DNA of 64,000 nucleotides, taken from Hydrolagus colliei (lineage: Eukaryota). The stretch lies in NCBI GenBank assembly GCA_035084275.1, contig JAYJKW010000425.1, positions 124,001-188,000 on the forward strand. Reading direction: 5' to 3'. The translations under genes and the position numbers were made by a program. The notes under the pieces are model-generated. The model made no database searches. It worked only from the letters and a program-made list of their open reading frames with translations, and was not told where the DNA came from. Shown piece by piece: positions 24,047 to 35,557 of the stretch (the stretch's first letter is position 1; the number at the start of each line of letters is the position of its first letter).

Positions 24047-25147
24047 TCAATCCCAAAACCATTTCTCCATATTTCGAGCACATCTATAGTTGATGTTACA
24101 TTTGATATATTCACACGCAGTGCATACTTGTAATTGCCAGCCATCTCTTCTTAAAATTTTGTAGGATTTCCTCCACTTGAAGTAGTTCATGTACTTCACA
24201 GGATCTTTATCAAGATGATGCAAGTATTCTGCCAATTCTCTGGCTGAACTAAAATCATCCACGTGAATGAAAGTTTCGGCTGGAACTAAAGCTTGATAGT
24301 TTTCTCTGGATGGTGCCAAAACCACTGGCACAGTTCCCATATGCAAAGGAGAAAAGAGCTTTTCAGTCACGTAATCCTTATGGATCGAGTTTTGAAAAGC
24401 AAGATAGAATTTACAACTTCTTAATAATGGTTCATAATCACTATCCTGAATGAGTTTTCCAAAGGCGCGCCCATGCACAGAAATATTAATGAACTTCATC
24501 AGTTCGTAATACTACTTTACTCTTTCGAAGTGAGGCCTCCAGTGGCTCACAATCCAACACACCAGCTTGGTCTTCTTGGGTATTTTAAAATCTGAAGTTT
24601 GTGGATCAATAACCAAATTGCCATAAGGCACTGGAATATCTGAATCCCGACGATATGTTAAGGTGAGGTTACACAGTTGGCCGAGCCATTTATTTTTTGG
24701 ACTGTGTGTAGGTGAATCGATATTCCACTAAATCCATCTCTGGAAAGGAGGCCGTGGCTGTTTGGGCAGATTAGACAAGTTTGCATAAATTTGCATATGA
24801 TGCATAATGACAGCATGGGATTTGGAATATAGATTTCTATTGGAAGTTAAACTGCAGCCATCTATGTTGAATCTTGATTTACAAGAATCAAGACTAAATG
24901 GGACACCCCAAGGCCAGAACCAAATGAGTAGAAGCGTGTTCTCCTCAGTCTTTTGCCAAAAGGGGATTGTCAGATTTACAGCTGGTAGTGGGATGTAACT
25001 GCAGCTGTTTGATGGTATTAGGTAGAGCAACAAAAATATTCCAGTGATTCCAAATATGATTATGACAATAAGAAATCTTCGAAAACTTCTTGTATTAAAT
25101 ACTGCCCCCAACGTTTCCTGTGAAAGGAGCACATTTCTATTACACAC
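24047..25147 (-). pseudogene. Alpha-1,3-fucosyltransferase (GT10, FUT9/FUT7-like), single coding exon, two in-frame TAG
   Basis: Type II TM N-terminus, LLIWFWPWG, PRPPFQRWI*WNIDSP, NLTLTYRRDSDIPVPYG, KLVCWIVSHW, KFYLAFQNSIHKDYVTEKLF, FIHVDDF. One continuous frame with stops at 24728-24730 and 24512-24514. Confidence 0.9.
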
Positions 25148-25289
25148 ATCTGGACCATATCGGGTTAATGCAATGGAATGTTTGCGATCAATGAAATCAT
25201 GGTGGCAGAAAGAAAAGCCGTGAAATAATAATAATCATAACAATAGTAACGCGAACGGCGGTTATCCTTGCATTTGATATAATTCCTTA

Positions 25290-25620
25290 ATTCGAGACTA
25301 CAATCACTCCCACCCTCGCCCATCTCCCCTGTCTTGCCATCGCCCAGAGGATAGAATTCAAGATCCTTGTCCTCATTTCAAGGCCATTCACGGCCTATCT
25401 CTCTGACCTAATGTCTCCCTATCAGCCTGCCCGTCCCATCCATTCAGCAGACTCCGGCCTGCTCCGCGTCCACCACCCTTACTGCCCAACCATCGGCGGC
25501 CGGGCTTTCAGCCTCTCTGCTCACACACTGTGGAACTCCATCCCGCAGCCCCTCTGCCTCGCTTCCTCCCTTTCCTCCTTCAAGGCCATTCTGGAGACCT
25601 TCCTCTTCGACTAGGCCATC
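25290..25620 (+). mobile_element. L2-like LINE 3' fragment
   Basis: IEFKILVL...IGGRAFSLSAHTLWNSIPQPLCLASSLSSFKAILETFLFD. Confidence 0.85.
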
Positions 25621-26849
25621 CAAATATCAATTCCATTATACAATAACGCTATATGATCTATAATATCCACCTGAACTGGCAGACAGGCCTTCAGTTTGTT
25701 GAACCATCTGAAGGCATGAAGCAATCTGTATCCATTTTAGTACAATGTACAATATTGTCATTCTAATTAATATACGTTTGCATAGTAGTATAGAGCTTAG
25801 TAACAGATACCTTTGACCCATCAACATACACTACTCGGGTATCAGCTGCAGTGTGTGGCAGCGAATCACATATCTACATTATGATCCCAGGAGAGAAACA
25901 TGTAATATTCATCTTGATGTATTTGGTGATGAACTTTAACGTGTGGCTCTCGTTATTGAATCGCAGCTGGTGGAATTATACTATGTTTAGTTATCCACTA
26001 ATCATTGTCAAATTTGATTACGTCACTTCTAGCACCAATAACTTTAGTGAGAAGCACTTAATCTTCATACCTGAGTAAAAGTTCTCACGCAATATTCCTG
26101 ATAATAAGCCCTCCCGAAAAAAATGAAAGAATAAATTGATCGCTTTAATTCATCAGTGTTTATGCGACATTGCTGTGCGCGACTGGTTGCCAGATGTCAC
26201 CCACAAATCTACAGTCAATACACTTTACAGTTGAACTGACTAGAGGACACGAGAGGTACTATATCACAATGTTTGCTATGATTACTAACATCTGATTTTC
26301 CTTTTATCTTCTGGTGTTAGCTTCAATGTCCAATCGTTGTCCTCCCGCCTCTCAACACCACGATAACACAACCATGGTGCTCAGAGAGGGAGTAGACAGT
26401 TCCAGCCACAATCACGTCACACTTCACCATTGTGTGGAGTGTACCTGAAGTGCTTCTGCCTCCTGTGGTCTCACTGTTTTTGTGCTGTTTCCAGTTCATT
26501 CCCCCAGCCACGGTGACTCTGCTAGGTTAGGGAATTTGGCCGTAAATCTGAAACAAATGCACAATAATAACAAAAGTAATAAAAATTTGCAGTTGACCTA
26601 GCGCTTCACCACATCACGGTGGGCTTATTCTTCTGGATAATCGCATTTAGTGGTCTTTCTTGTGAACAAAATTCAACATCCACACCCATATACTACAAGC
26701 GAAACTAATTGATATGATATAACGTATGTCTGTGTGTAGCATTTCACTCTCCAATTGCTCTCCTTTGTCTAGAGATCCAAAATGTCACCGATCGATCAAA
26801 CTGAGTGCTGACAGTGTAGCTCTGTCGCTCCTATGCTTAAAAACATTCT

Positions 26850-27440
26850 CATTCATATAAGTGTGACAAGGAACATAAGAATATAAGAACATAAAATCAT
26901 AAGAACATACGAACATACAAACATAAGAGCATAAGAATATTAGAGCACCAGAACACCAGATCACAAGAAAACAAGAACATAAAATAACATACGAACATAA
27001 GAAATAGGAGCAGGAGTAGGCCATTTGGCCCATCGAGCCTGCCGAGCCATTCGTTCATGGCTGATATTCTACTCTAACTCCAGCTACATGCATTATCCCC
27101 ATACCCCTCAATCCGTTTATAAATGAGAACTCTATTTAGCTCAGTCTTGAATACGTTCAAGGATCGAGCATCAGCAGCCCTATGGGGTAAAGAGTTCTAT
27201 ATATTTACCACCCTCTGAATGAAGACGTTTTTTTCTCAAATCAGTGTGAAAGGGCTGATGCCTAACTTTAAGACTGTGAACCCTGGTTTTAGATTCTACA
27301 ACCAGGGGAAACAATCTCCCACTATCTACTTTGTCGTGCCCCTTAATAATCTTATAGGTTTCTAAAAGATCTATAAGATTTCTATAAGATTCCCTCTAAT
27401 TCTTCTATATTCCAGAGAATATAGGCCCAAATTAATTAAC
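26850..27440 (-). mobile_element. CR1-like 3' fragment with expanded (AAGAACAT)n tail (about 26870-27005)
   Basis: Terminal motif AATAGGAGCAGGAGTAGGCCATT preceded by many octamer tail copies. Confidence 0.8.
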
Positions 27441-28089
27441 CCATAACTTAATTGGTGACGAAATAATAACTATTTGTTTAATCACTAATCACAAATATAT
27501 TACAATAATTCTTGCATGCAATATGCTCTCCAAACAAATATAATATAATAATTCTTACATGCGGTAAGATCTGTTAAATTATCTAAACGGTAATCGTTAC
27601 CACACAAGGTTGTGAATAAGATGGAACAAATAAAGAAACAGTTTGTGCAACTTGAAGAAAATAATAACCTCATATATTTTCTACATCTAGCATCTGGGAA
27701 CACTATTATTAATCCAAAAAATATTAAATTACGCCAGCATGTTTAACAGCAAAAAAAGAAGTTTTATATATGCTAACAAGCAACAACAATAACAAAATTA
27801 CATTTGTATAGCGCCTTTCTCGTCAGGTGGGTGGCCCAGTGCACTGGACAATTACTTCTTCAGATGGGAGCTGACGACAGCGGGGAATGGATGGATCAAT
27901 GGATGGCAAACTGATCATTGTTGAGCGATTCTGTGCTAAAATTACCGGCCGCTCAAGCATTGTGGATCTATTCACTGTGGGACTTAAGCCTCAGAAGCCA
28001 TTGCGATGTCACCTGAGCCGTAGTCGCATTTGATGTTTTTACCCAACCTGGACCATCTCATCTGAATCAGCAAAACAGCCATAACATGA

Positions 28090-28790
28090 CAATCGTTAGG
28101 GCTTTTCATAGAATCACAGAAGCTTACGGTAAAAAGGGAGGCCATCCGGCGCAAGGAGTCTGGGCTGGCTCTTTGAAAAGCGCAACTGAATCCCACTTCC
28201 CAGCTCTCCGCATAACTGCGAAAAACACAACCTTCTGAAATAAGCATCGAATTCTCTTTTAAACATAGTTGTCGAATCGGCCTCCACCATCCTTTCAGGC
28301 AATGCATTCCAGATTCGAACAACTCGCTAAGTGAGTAGAACCTCCATTCTACTTCTTTTAAAAACTATTTTAAATCTGTGACTCACCCACCAGTGGAACC
28401 AATTTTTCCCTGTTTACCCCATCGAATGTGGAAAACATCTATTCAGTCTTATCATAACATTCTCTGCTCCAATGAGAATAAACCTAGCCTCTCTAGCCTT
28501 TCCTCATAACTGAAGTCCCTCATTCCTGGTACCATCCTGGAAAATCACCTCACATTTCACTTCATAATTAACCTTAAACATCATCTGACATGTATCTGCC
28601 CGTGTTACCATTCTGCCCATATATTCCTGCAGATGGTTACTATCCTTCTCACTGTTCACTATTTTTCATAACCCTGTACCATCTGCAAACTTGAAAATTG
28701 TACTCTTTATACCGAAATCCAGATCGTGAATATCAATTATAAGAGCAGTGGTCCCAATACTGGTCCCTGGGGAACGCCACTATATGCTTC
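28090..28790 (-). mobile_element. CR1-like LINE fragment
   Basis: CATAGAATCACAGAA tail, reverse ORF2-end motifs, GGGAACGCCACT (VPQG region). Confidence 0.7.
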
Positions 28791-30049
28791 CCCACAGTGA
28801 GATATAAAGAGGTGTGTGTCATCCGCACTCCCAATCGATGTAGTTTTATTTATTTTTTAAAAATCTTTAGAGTGCACAATAATTTCACGCACATATTTCA
28901 CTTTGCACAATATTCTGTGAAGCGGTTTGAGATGTCAATATGTGGTGACAAGTTTTATATCAATTGAAGGATTATTATTGTTATTATTAATTAACAACCT
29001 CGTAACCAGGTTATTCTACTGGCTCGGAGGTAAACAGAGATGTGTGGAGCCTAATGTTTCGCCTTTCACAGGAATAAAACACTGGTCGTCACGCTTGGAA
29101 TGCAAATCCTCACCATCAGACACTGATTAGGGAAAAGCTTTCATGAGAATCAGATGGAGAAATGAAAGAAGAGAAGATTTAGCAGATATTTCCTCACCAG
29201 TGACCACTGTGATGGTCTGAGCTGCTCCCGAGGTTGGCCTTTTCCCCAGTGAGTAGAAATCACCAGCACTTTCAACAAGTTCTGTCCTGACCAACAGTCA
29301 GGAAGCACTGGCTGGTTTATTCCAGCCAACCAGCACCAAGCTGTTGGTAATGTGAGACGGGCTGGTTATATGATTGTGTGTGAGAGATGCTCATACCTGC
29401 GTTAACAGGCAGGTTCAGCCAGTCACGCACATTCCATCACTCACTCCTGACATTGGACTCTCAAATAGGGAGCGGCGCTTCTTAGAAAAACAAATGTAAC
29501 CGGTTTGACAAGTGGATGGCTTTTTTTTGCTCCACTTACAATGTTTTAAATGTTTGCACAAACCTCTGAACTGAAATAATAAGTTCAAGAAACATTGTTT
29601 TATACAAAATACAATGAGACACCCACAGTGATAGTGTTATCTGTGCTATAATACTGTTAAAAGATGATCTGTTCCTCAGATATCTGTACCAGCCTTTAGA
29701 GAGATCTAAAATCTGATCTGCTGTAGAGTTAGTCTGGGGAACAAAGGGCCATTATAAAACATGTCTGAACTGACACATGTGCCAATGTGTGCCTTAACTA
29801 TTTCACTGCTGACCATGGCTTGTGTACAGCAGCAAACACTTGGTATACAGGGCACACAGCACTAATTACAATGGGAGAATGGGCCACAATAACAAGATAC
29901 AGTCCCTCTAGTCTCCATCTAAGAGCATTATAAAAAGCACAGTCTAATCGGGTTCACTCTGTTTCTCTCAATAAACTGTCCAATCCCACCATCCCACAGC
30001 TTTAATCCTGTTTTCACACTTGTTCTGGAAAACCACACAATTCACTCCC

Positions 30050-30745
30050 GTTCACCCTATTCCTGCTGATGCAGAACACGGATCGCTTTCTTCCTCTTGT
30101 TCCCCATGAAGGTCACAGTATAATCAGCTCCTCCCCAACCCACCCCGTAAACTACACAACAGTAGCCGTTGCACACTCCACCTCACCGAGCCAGTGTGGA
30201 ACCTTGGGAGTCTTCCTCGACACTCAAATGAAACTTTCTGCCCCACATCCGAAGTCACAATCCTCTGTGCGTTACCCCACCTCCGCAGCATTGCTGGGTT
30301 CTGCCGTTGTCTCACAATTCATGCTGAAGAAACCCTCATACATAGATCTTCATCGATCTTCCAGAACTCAGCAGCCCATTTCCTCTCCCGCACCAGGCCC
30401 CTGACTCACCAGCTTGTCATCACACAGAGTACAGGACAAGATCCTGGCCCTCAACCTCACCCACCCCACCATGGTCGGGTAGGTATTCAGCCACCCTGAA
30501 CCCATCATCCTGAAACCCATCCCGCAATCCCTCCATCCACCTCGCTCTTTCCCTTGCCTCCTTTACAACACATCTCAAGACACGGCGTATTCAACGGCAC
30601 ATTTGATAACCTGCTTCCCCTGCCATCGCTCTCCACTGTCATGGATCCTGACACCCCCCTCCCACCAACCACCAGCTAAACGACAAAATATTGATCCTCA
30701 AGTGCCTTGGGACGTCCTACCGATGTGAAGCGCGCTATAGACATT
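30050..30745 (+). mobile_element. Degraded L2-like 3' fragment
   Basis: Relic NLGVFLD motif and terminal GGGACGTCC...GAAGCGCGCTATAGAC...TTG. Confidence 0.6.
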
Positions 30746-31165
30746 TAATGTTGTCATTGGGATGTGCGCCAGAATGCTGCCCTCATGATCGGCTCTGTAT
30801 AAATGTAAATTGTTGTAGTTCGTGGCAGCGAACCTGGGTGGGCAGCCGAGTCACACGGGGGGTGGTGGGTGGGGGGGGGGGGGGGCAGGAAACCCTCCAG
30901 ATAATCTTGCAGCCAACGCCCTAACTCACAAGCGAGTAGGGCGAGTCCTGGCTGGACAAGCGGCAGGGAAGCTCGGCCAGGATAGTGATACGGTTTGAAA
31001 ACTCACCCAGCGCCGACTCACAGTCCCGCAAACGTCGGCCACCCTCAAAAGGGAATTGGCGCGGTGTGTGTGTGTATGGAACAGCAATGGGTGTTGCTTA
31101 TCAGAGTGTCCGCTGTGTGAGGAAATGTATCCAGACCCGCGGCTGTTGAACACAACAACACAACG

Positions 31166-31360
31166 TGGAGCTCCTGTGGCTCAGTGGTTAGAACACTTGT
31201 CTTGCAAGCTGGGGAGACCAGGCCGGGGAGACCTGTGTTCGAATCCAGGCAGGTCAGGGCGAAACCTTGGGCACGTTTCCTTACTCCACACACACGCCTA
31301 ATAATAATCCCTCCAAAAAACCCACAATATTAAAATTGGTTATTTCAATCCACGACTGTG
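31166..31360 (+). mobile_element. SINE 5' half
   Basis: GGAGCTCCTGTGGCTCAGTGGTTAGAAC...GTTCGAATCCAGGCAGG. Confidence 0.85.
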
Positions 31361-31374
31361 TGTGTCTCTCCAAA

Positions 31375-31485
31375 CAAGCCCCATTTCTAATGAAGGGTTG
31401 TATACCCGAAACGTTGGCTCATTTTCCTTCCTCCATGGATGCTGCCTGACCTGCTGAGTTGACCCCAGCGACGTCTGTTTCTGAA
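31375..31485 (+). mobile_element. Short Penelope-associated/hammerhead-like repeat
   Basis: CTAATGA-A-GGGT(TGTAT)ACCC-GAAACGTT core followed by CCATGGATGCTGCCTGACCTGCTGAGT. Confidence 0.55.
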
Positions 31486-31739
31486 CAGCGGTGGCGGTTG
31501 GTTTGAATGCCTTCCATGTTGGGAGGAGACGTCAGCAGGCGCTTCAATGGATGTCCTGCACAGTGTGGTGACTGCGCGTTAAGTCGGGTGGTCGCAGCTG
31601 CCAATCGCACGCGGCCACCTCCCCGCAAATATTCACAGTCTCCCCTCACGCACACACTGACACTCGGTCACCTGGCACACTCACTGGTCACCGTCTCACA
31701 CACACACTCTAATTCATAGGCTCCAGTCACACATATTCT

Positions 31740-32340
31740 CACACCCTCTGTCACACTGACCGATGTGATGGAGTGTGAGATGAGAGGGGGTGTGAGTGTG
31801 AGAGCGTATGAGTGTGTGACAGGTTGTGAATGTGAAGTGTTATGAGTGTGAGGGGAGTGTGAATTTGAGGGGCTTTGAGTGTGTGACCGGGTGTGAAGGT
31901 GAATGTGTGAGGGGTGTGTGAGTGTAACGGAATATGAGTGTGTGATGGGGTATGTTTGTGAAGGAGTATGAATGTGAGGGGGGTATGAGTGTGAGGGACG
32001 GTAAGTGTGAGGGGTGTGAGTGTGAGGCGGTGTGAGTGTGGGGGCTGTGTGAGGGGGGTGTGAGTGTGAGCGAGTATGAGTGGGTGACAGGGTGTGATTG
32101 TGAGGGGGTGTGAGTGTGAGGGGTGTGCGAGTGTGAGGGGGTTCTTGTGTGAGGGATAGTAAGTGTAAGGATGATGTGTGTGTGAGGGTGTGTGAGGGTG
32201 AGGAAGTGTGAGTGTGACGGTGTGTGACTGTGTGTGTGAGCAGGTTTGAGTGTGAGGGTGTGTGAGGGTGAGGAAGTGTGAGGGTGAGGAAGTTTGATTG
32301 TGAGGGGAGTGTGTGTGTGAGCAGGTGTGAGGGTGTGTGT
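31740..32340. repeat. Degenerate GTGTGA/GAGG low-complexity array
   Basis: G/T/A-rich with dinucleotide-like periodicity. Confidence 0.85.
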
Positions 32341-32342
32341 GA

Positions 32343-33616
32343 GCTGTCTGCTGCGTTCGACACAGACCTGTCTGCTGCGTTCGACACAGTCGATCACACC
32401 ATCCTCCTCCAACGTCTTTCCTCCCACCTCAACCTTCAAGGCACAGTCCTTGACTGGTTCCATTCCTATCTGACCCACCGTTTACATTTTGTTTCTTCCA
32501 ACGTTTTTTTTTCAAACCCCCGCACAGTTTCTCACGGCGTCCCTCACGGCTCTGTCCTCGGCCCCCTCCTTTTCCCCCTTTACACGCTCCCTCTGGGCGA
32601 TGTCATCCGCAACCATGCGGTAAATTTCCACATGTATGCGGACGACACCCAGTTGTACCTTTCTGCCTCATCCCTCAACCCCCAGACCATCGATGTTCTG
32701 ATAGCATGTCTGTCCGACATCGAGTCCTGAACGAGGGAAAACTTCCTGCAATTGAACGTGAGTAAGACCGAGGCCCTCCTGATCGGCTCAAGCCAGCGCC
32801 TCCGCACATCGGGCGCTGCCAGCCTCAACATTAAAGGCTGCACTCTCCACCTCACAAAGCCAATCAGGAACCTCGGCATCATGTTCGACCACAAACTCTC
32901 CTTCCTCCCCCACATCCGCGCCTTGACCGGCACCGTTTATTTCCACCTGAGCAACATTGCCAGGCTCCGCAATTATCTCACCCCCCGCGCTGCCGAAACA
33001 CTCGTGCATGCATACATCACCTCAAGGCTGGACAACGGAAACTCTCACCCCAGCTCCTCCATTCACAGGCTGCAGGTCATCCAAACCTCTGCAGCCCGTG
33101 TATTATCCCGCACCCGCCTTTGCGACCACATAACCCCCACCCTCGCCCGTCTCCAATGGCTCCTCATCCTCCAGAGAATCGAGTTCAAGATCCTCGTCCT
33201 CACGTTCAAGGTCTTACATGGCCTTGCCCTGCCCTATTTAACCAATTTACTCTGCACCTATAAGCCCACCCGGACCCTCCGTTCAGCAGGACTTGGCCTG
33301 CTCCAAGCCCCCCGCCCGAACCCCCACACCATCGGAGGCCGGGCCTTCAGTTTCTCCGCTCCCACCCTATGGAATTCTATCCTCCAATCCCTTCGTCTCG
33401 TTTCCTCCCTTTCCTGTTTCAAGGCTGGTTTAAAGACTTTCCTTTTCGACCGTGCCTTCTGTTCCCCCCCCCTAATTTTTCGACCTCCCCTACCTTTTTC
33501 AACACCCTGCCGAACACTCCCCCCCCAGCTCGGGTTACACGTCTCATGTGCATCGCCTTGGGACGTACTCCCGACGTGAAAGGCGCTCTAGAATTCTAAT
33601 TTGTTGTTGTTGTTGT
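32343..33616 (+). mobile_element. Relatively young 5'-truncated L2-like LINE (RT C-half, 3'UTR, TTG tail)
   Basis: [33 protein letters not shown]. One premature TGA at 32728 (TGG in the 60.37-kb copy). The frame continues to 33579, and (TTG)n lies at 33600-33616. Confidence 0.95.
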
Positions 33617-33666
33617 GTGTGAGTGTATGTGAAAGTTAGATGCAGAGATGTCTGTCAAGCTGTAGC

Positions 33667-33672
33667 TTTATT
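33667..33672 (-). terminator. Polyadenylation signal of the SNAD-like gene
   Basis: AATAAA on the minus strand about 300 nt after the stop, just before the convergent L2 tail. Confidence 0.6.
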
Positions 33673-33699
33673 ACTAATTGTTACATTTTACACTTATCC

Positions 33700-33960
33700 C
33701 CAACCCCCAGCCACCAGCCCCGTGCCCCCACCCCATCCCTCCTCTCTAGCCCCCAGCCCCCAACCCAGCCCCCTCCCCAGCCCCCAAATCCCACTCCATC
33801 CCCCACCCCAGCCCCCACCTCAGCCCCAAACCCCACTCCAGCCCTTACCCCAGCCCCCAACCCAGCCACCACTCCATTCTCCAGCCCCCACACTCCACCC
33901 TAACCCCACCCCAGCACCCACCCAAGCCCCCAAAGCCCAGCTCCAGACCAGAACTCCAGC
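33700..33960. repeat. C-rich (CCCAGCCCC) low-complexity tract in the SNAD-like 3'UTR
   Basis: Repeated CCCAGC/CCCCAA units. Confidence 0.75.
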
Positions 33961-33975
33961 TCTGATCCACACTGC

Positions 33976-35512
33976 TCATTTGCTGGCCATTTGAACCCGA
34001 TTTTTCCCTCTGGAACTCTGCGGGTTCTGCTGATAGATTCCCCCTTTGGGGTTTTGTTTATCCTTACGTGGGGGGTTCTGGTTAATATTCTTGTTCACCT
34101 TGGGTCGGTTCGTTTCCTTGGGCGCCTTATTCTGCTTGGGCTTGTTAGCCTGGGGGGTCCTGCTTGCCCCAGCTTGATTTCTTTCCATTTTCACCTCCTT
34201 CCCCAAACAGAAACGTGGCTCATGGCAGCGTTCACTCTTCTCCAGATTATTCTCCTCCTTCACATCACAGCGATAAACCATGTAGGGATTGTTCTGACTT
34301 CCTCTCAGGAGGCGAGCAAAGTTCTCTGTAATCTTCTTCGGTTCCACTTCAGACACGAGCTCAGGGCAACTTTCGAGGCTTCGCCCTCCCGCACAACACA
34401 CTTTGCTGTACACAAAGTACTGGTGAACATTTGACCAGGAGTCGAACGGAGGATCATATAACTGCTCGACAATGTCAAGCTCTTGTTTGCCACTGAAGCA
34501 CTTTGTCAGACACGGAGTGTTGGTGATGTAGAACACAAGGCAGCCTCCGTTTGCTATGAAGCTGTTGGCTCTCTCTCCCACTTTATCAGCACACGAAGCT
34601 TTACCGTCTTTGCCAAATAGGATCCTATACTCGGTGCAGACATCCCCATGTTTTGGGTACACGGCAATGTAGTTGATTTTGGTTGTAGAGGCTTTGTCTG
34701 GATTCACAAAGTCTTCATCGTTAAAGATTGTTGGAATGGCATTAAATGTGCCGTGCCACATGTACTGCACATCTTCTTTTCCACGGCACTGTTCATCAGT
34801 CAGTACAATCAGGAAACCCATCTGTCCACCAGGAGTTATTTTCTCCCTGTGAAAACTAGTGCAAGGAACAACAACAACAATTTTGTTTGATACAGCGCCC
34901 TCCACGCTGGACGATGGACAGCGTCAGGGGCAGGGGTTAGAAAGGTGACCAAAGTCGCGGTCGGTCGAAGAGAAAGGTCTTTAGCTGGGACCTGAAACTC
35001 GGAAGAGAGAGGGGGAGAGGCGAAGCAGTGAGGAAAGGAGAGTGAGGGAGGGGGATAGAGGGAGGGGAGAGAGAGGTGCGTGAGATGATGGGACTGAGGA
35101 ATGGAGAGGGGGTTAAGAGAGAGAGGATGGGAGGTGGTGAGAGAGGGCGCGAGGCGATGGGAGTGAGGAAGGGAGTTCCAGAGTCTCAGGTCGTCGTGGC
35201 TGAAGGCACGCCCATGAAGATGGAGCAGAGGATTCTGGCAGGAGGCCAGACCCGGTGTAGCAAAGCCAAGCGGTAATGCATACGAGGAGGCATGAGGTCA
35301 GAGAGGCAATGGGCGCTGAAGAGGTTAGAAAGCGGTGGTGGGAGAGACGGAGAGGTAGGGGAGGAGCAGAGAATTGGAAGGATTTGAAATAAAGGGTGAG
35401 GATCTTAAAATTGATCCTCTCTGCGACAGAGAGCCAGTGAAGTCTGGTAAATACTGGGATAATGTGAAAGCGGAGTTTGGTGTGGACCGCAGAGTTTTCA
35501 ATCGGTTGGTTT

Positions 35513-35557
<45 letters not shown>

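Noticed and set aside
26300-26540. Unique GC-balanced stretch as a coding exon
   Set aside because: No recognisable motif in any frame; at most an untranslated exon of the FUT locus.
17830-29412. Shared 12-mer GTTAACAGGCAG at 17830 and 29401
   Set aside because: Exact 12-mer matches are expected by chance in 64 kb, and the flanks do not align.
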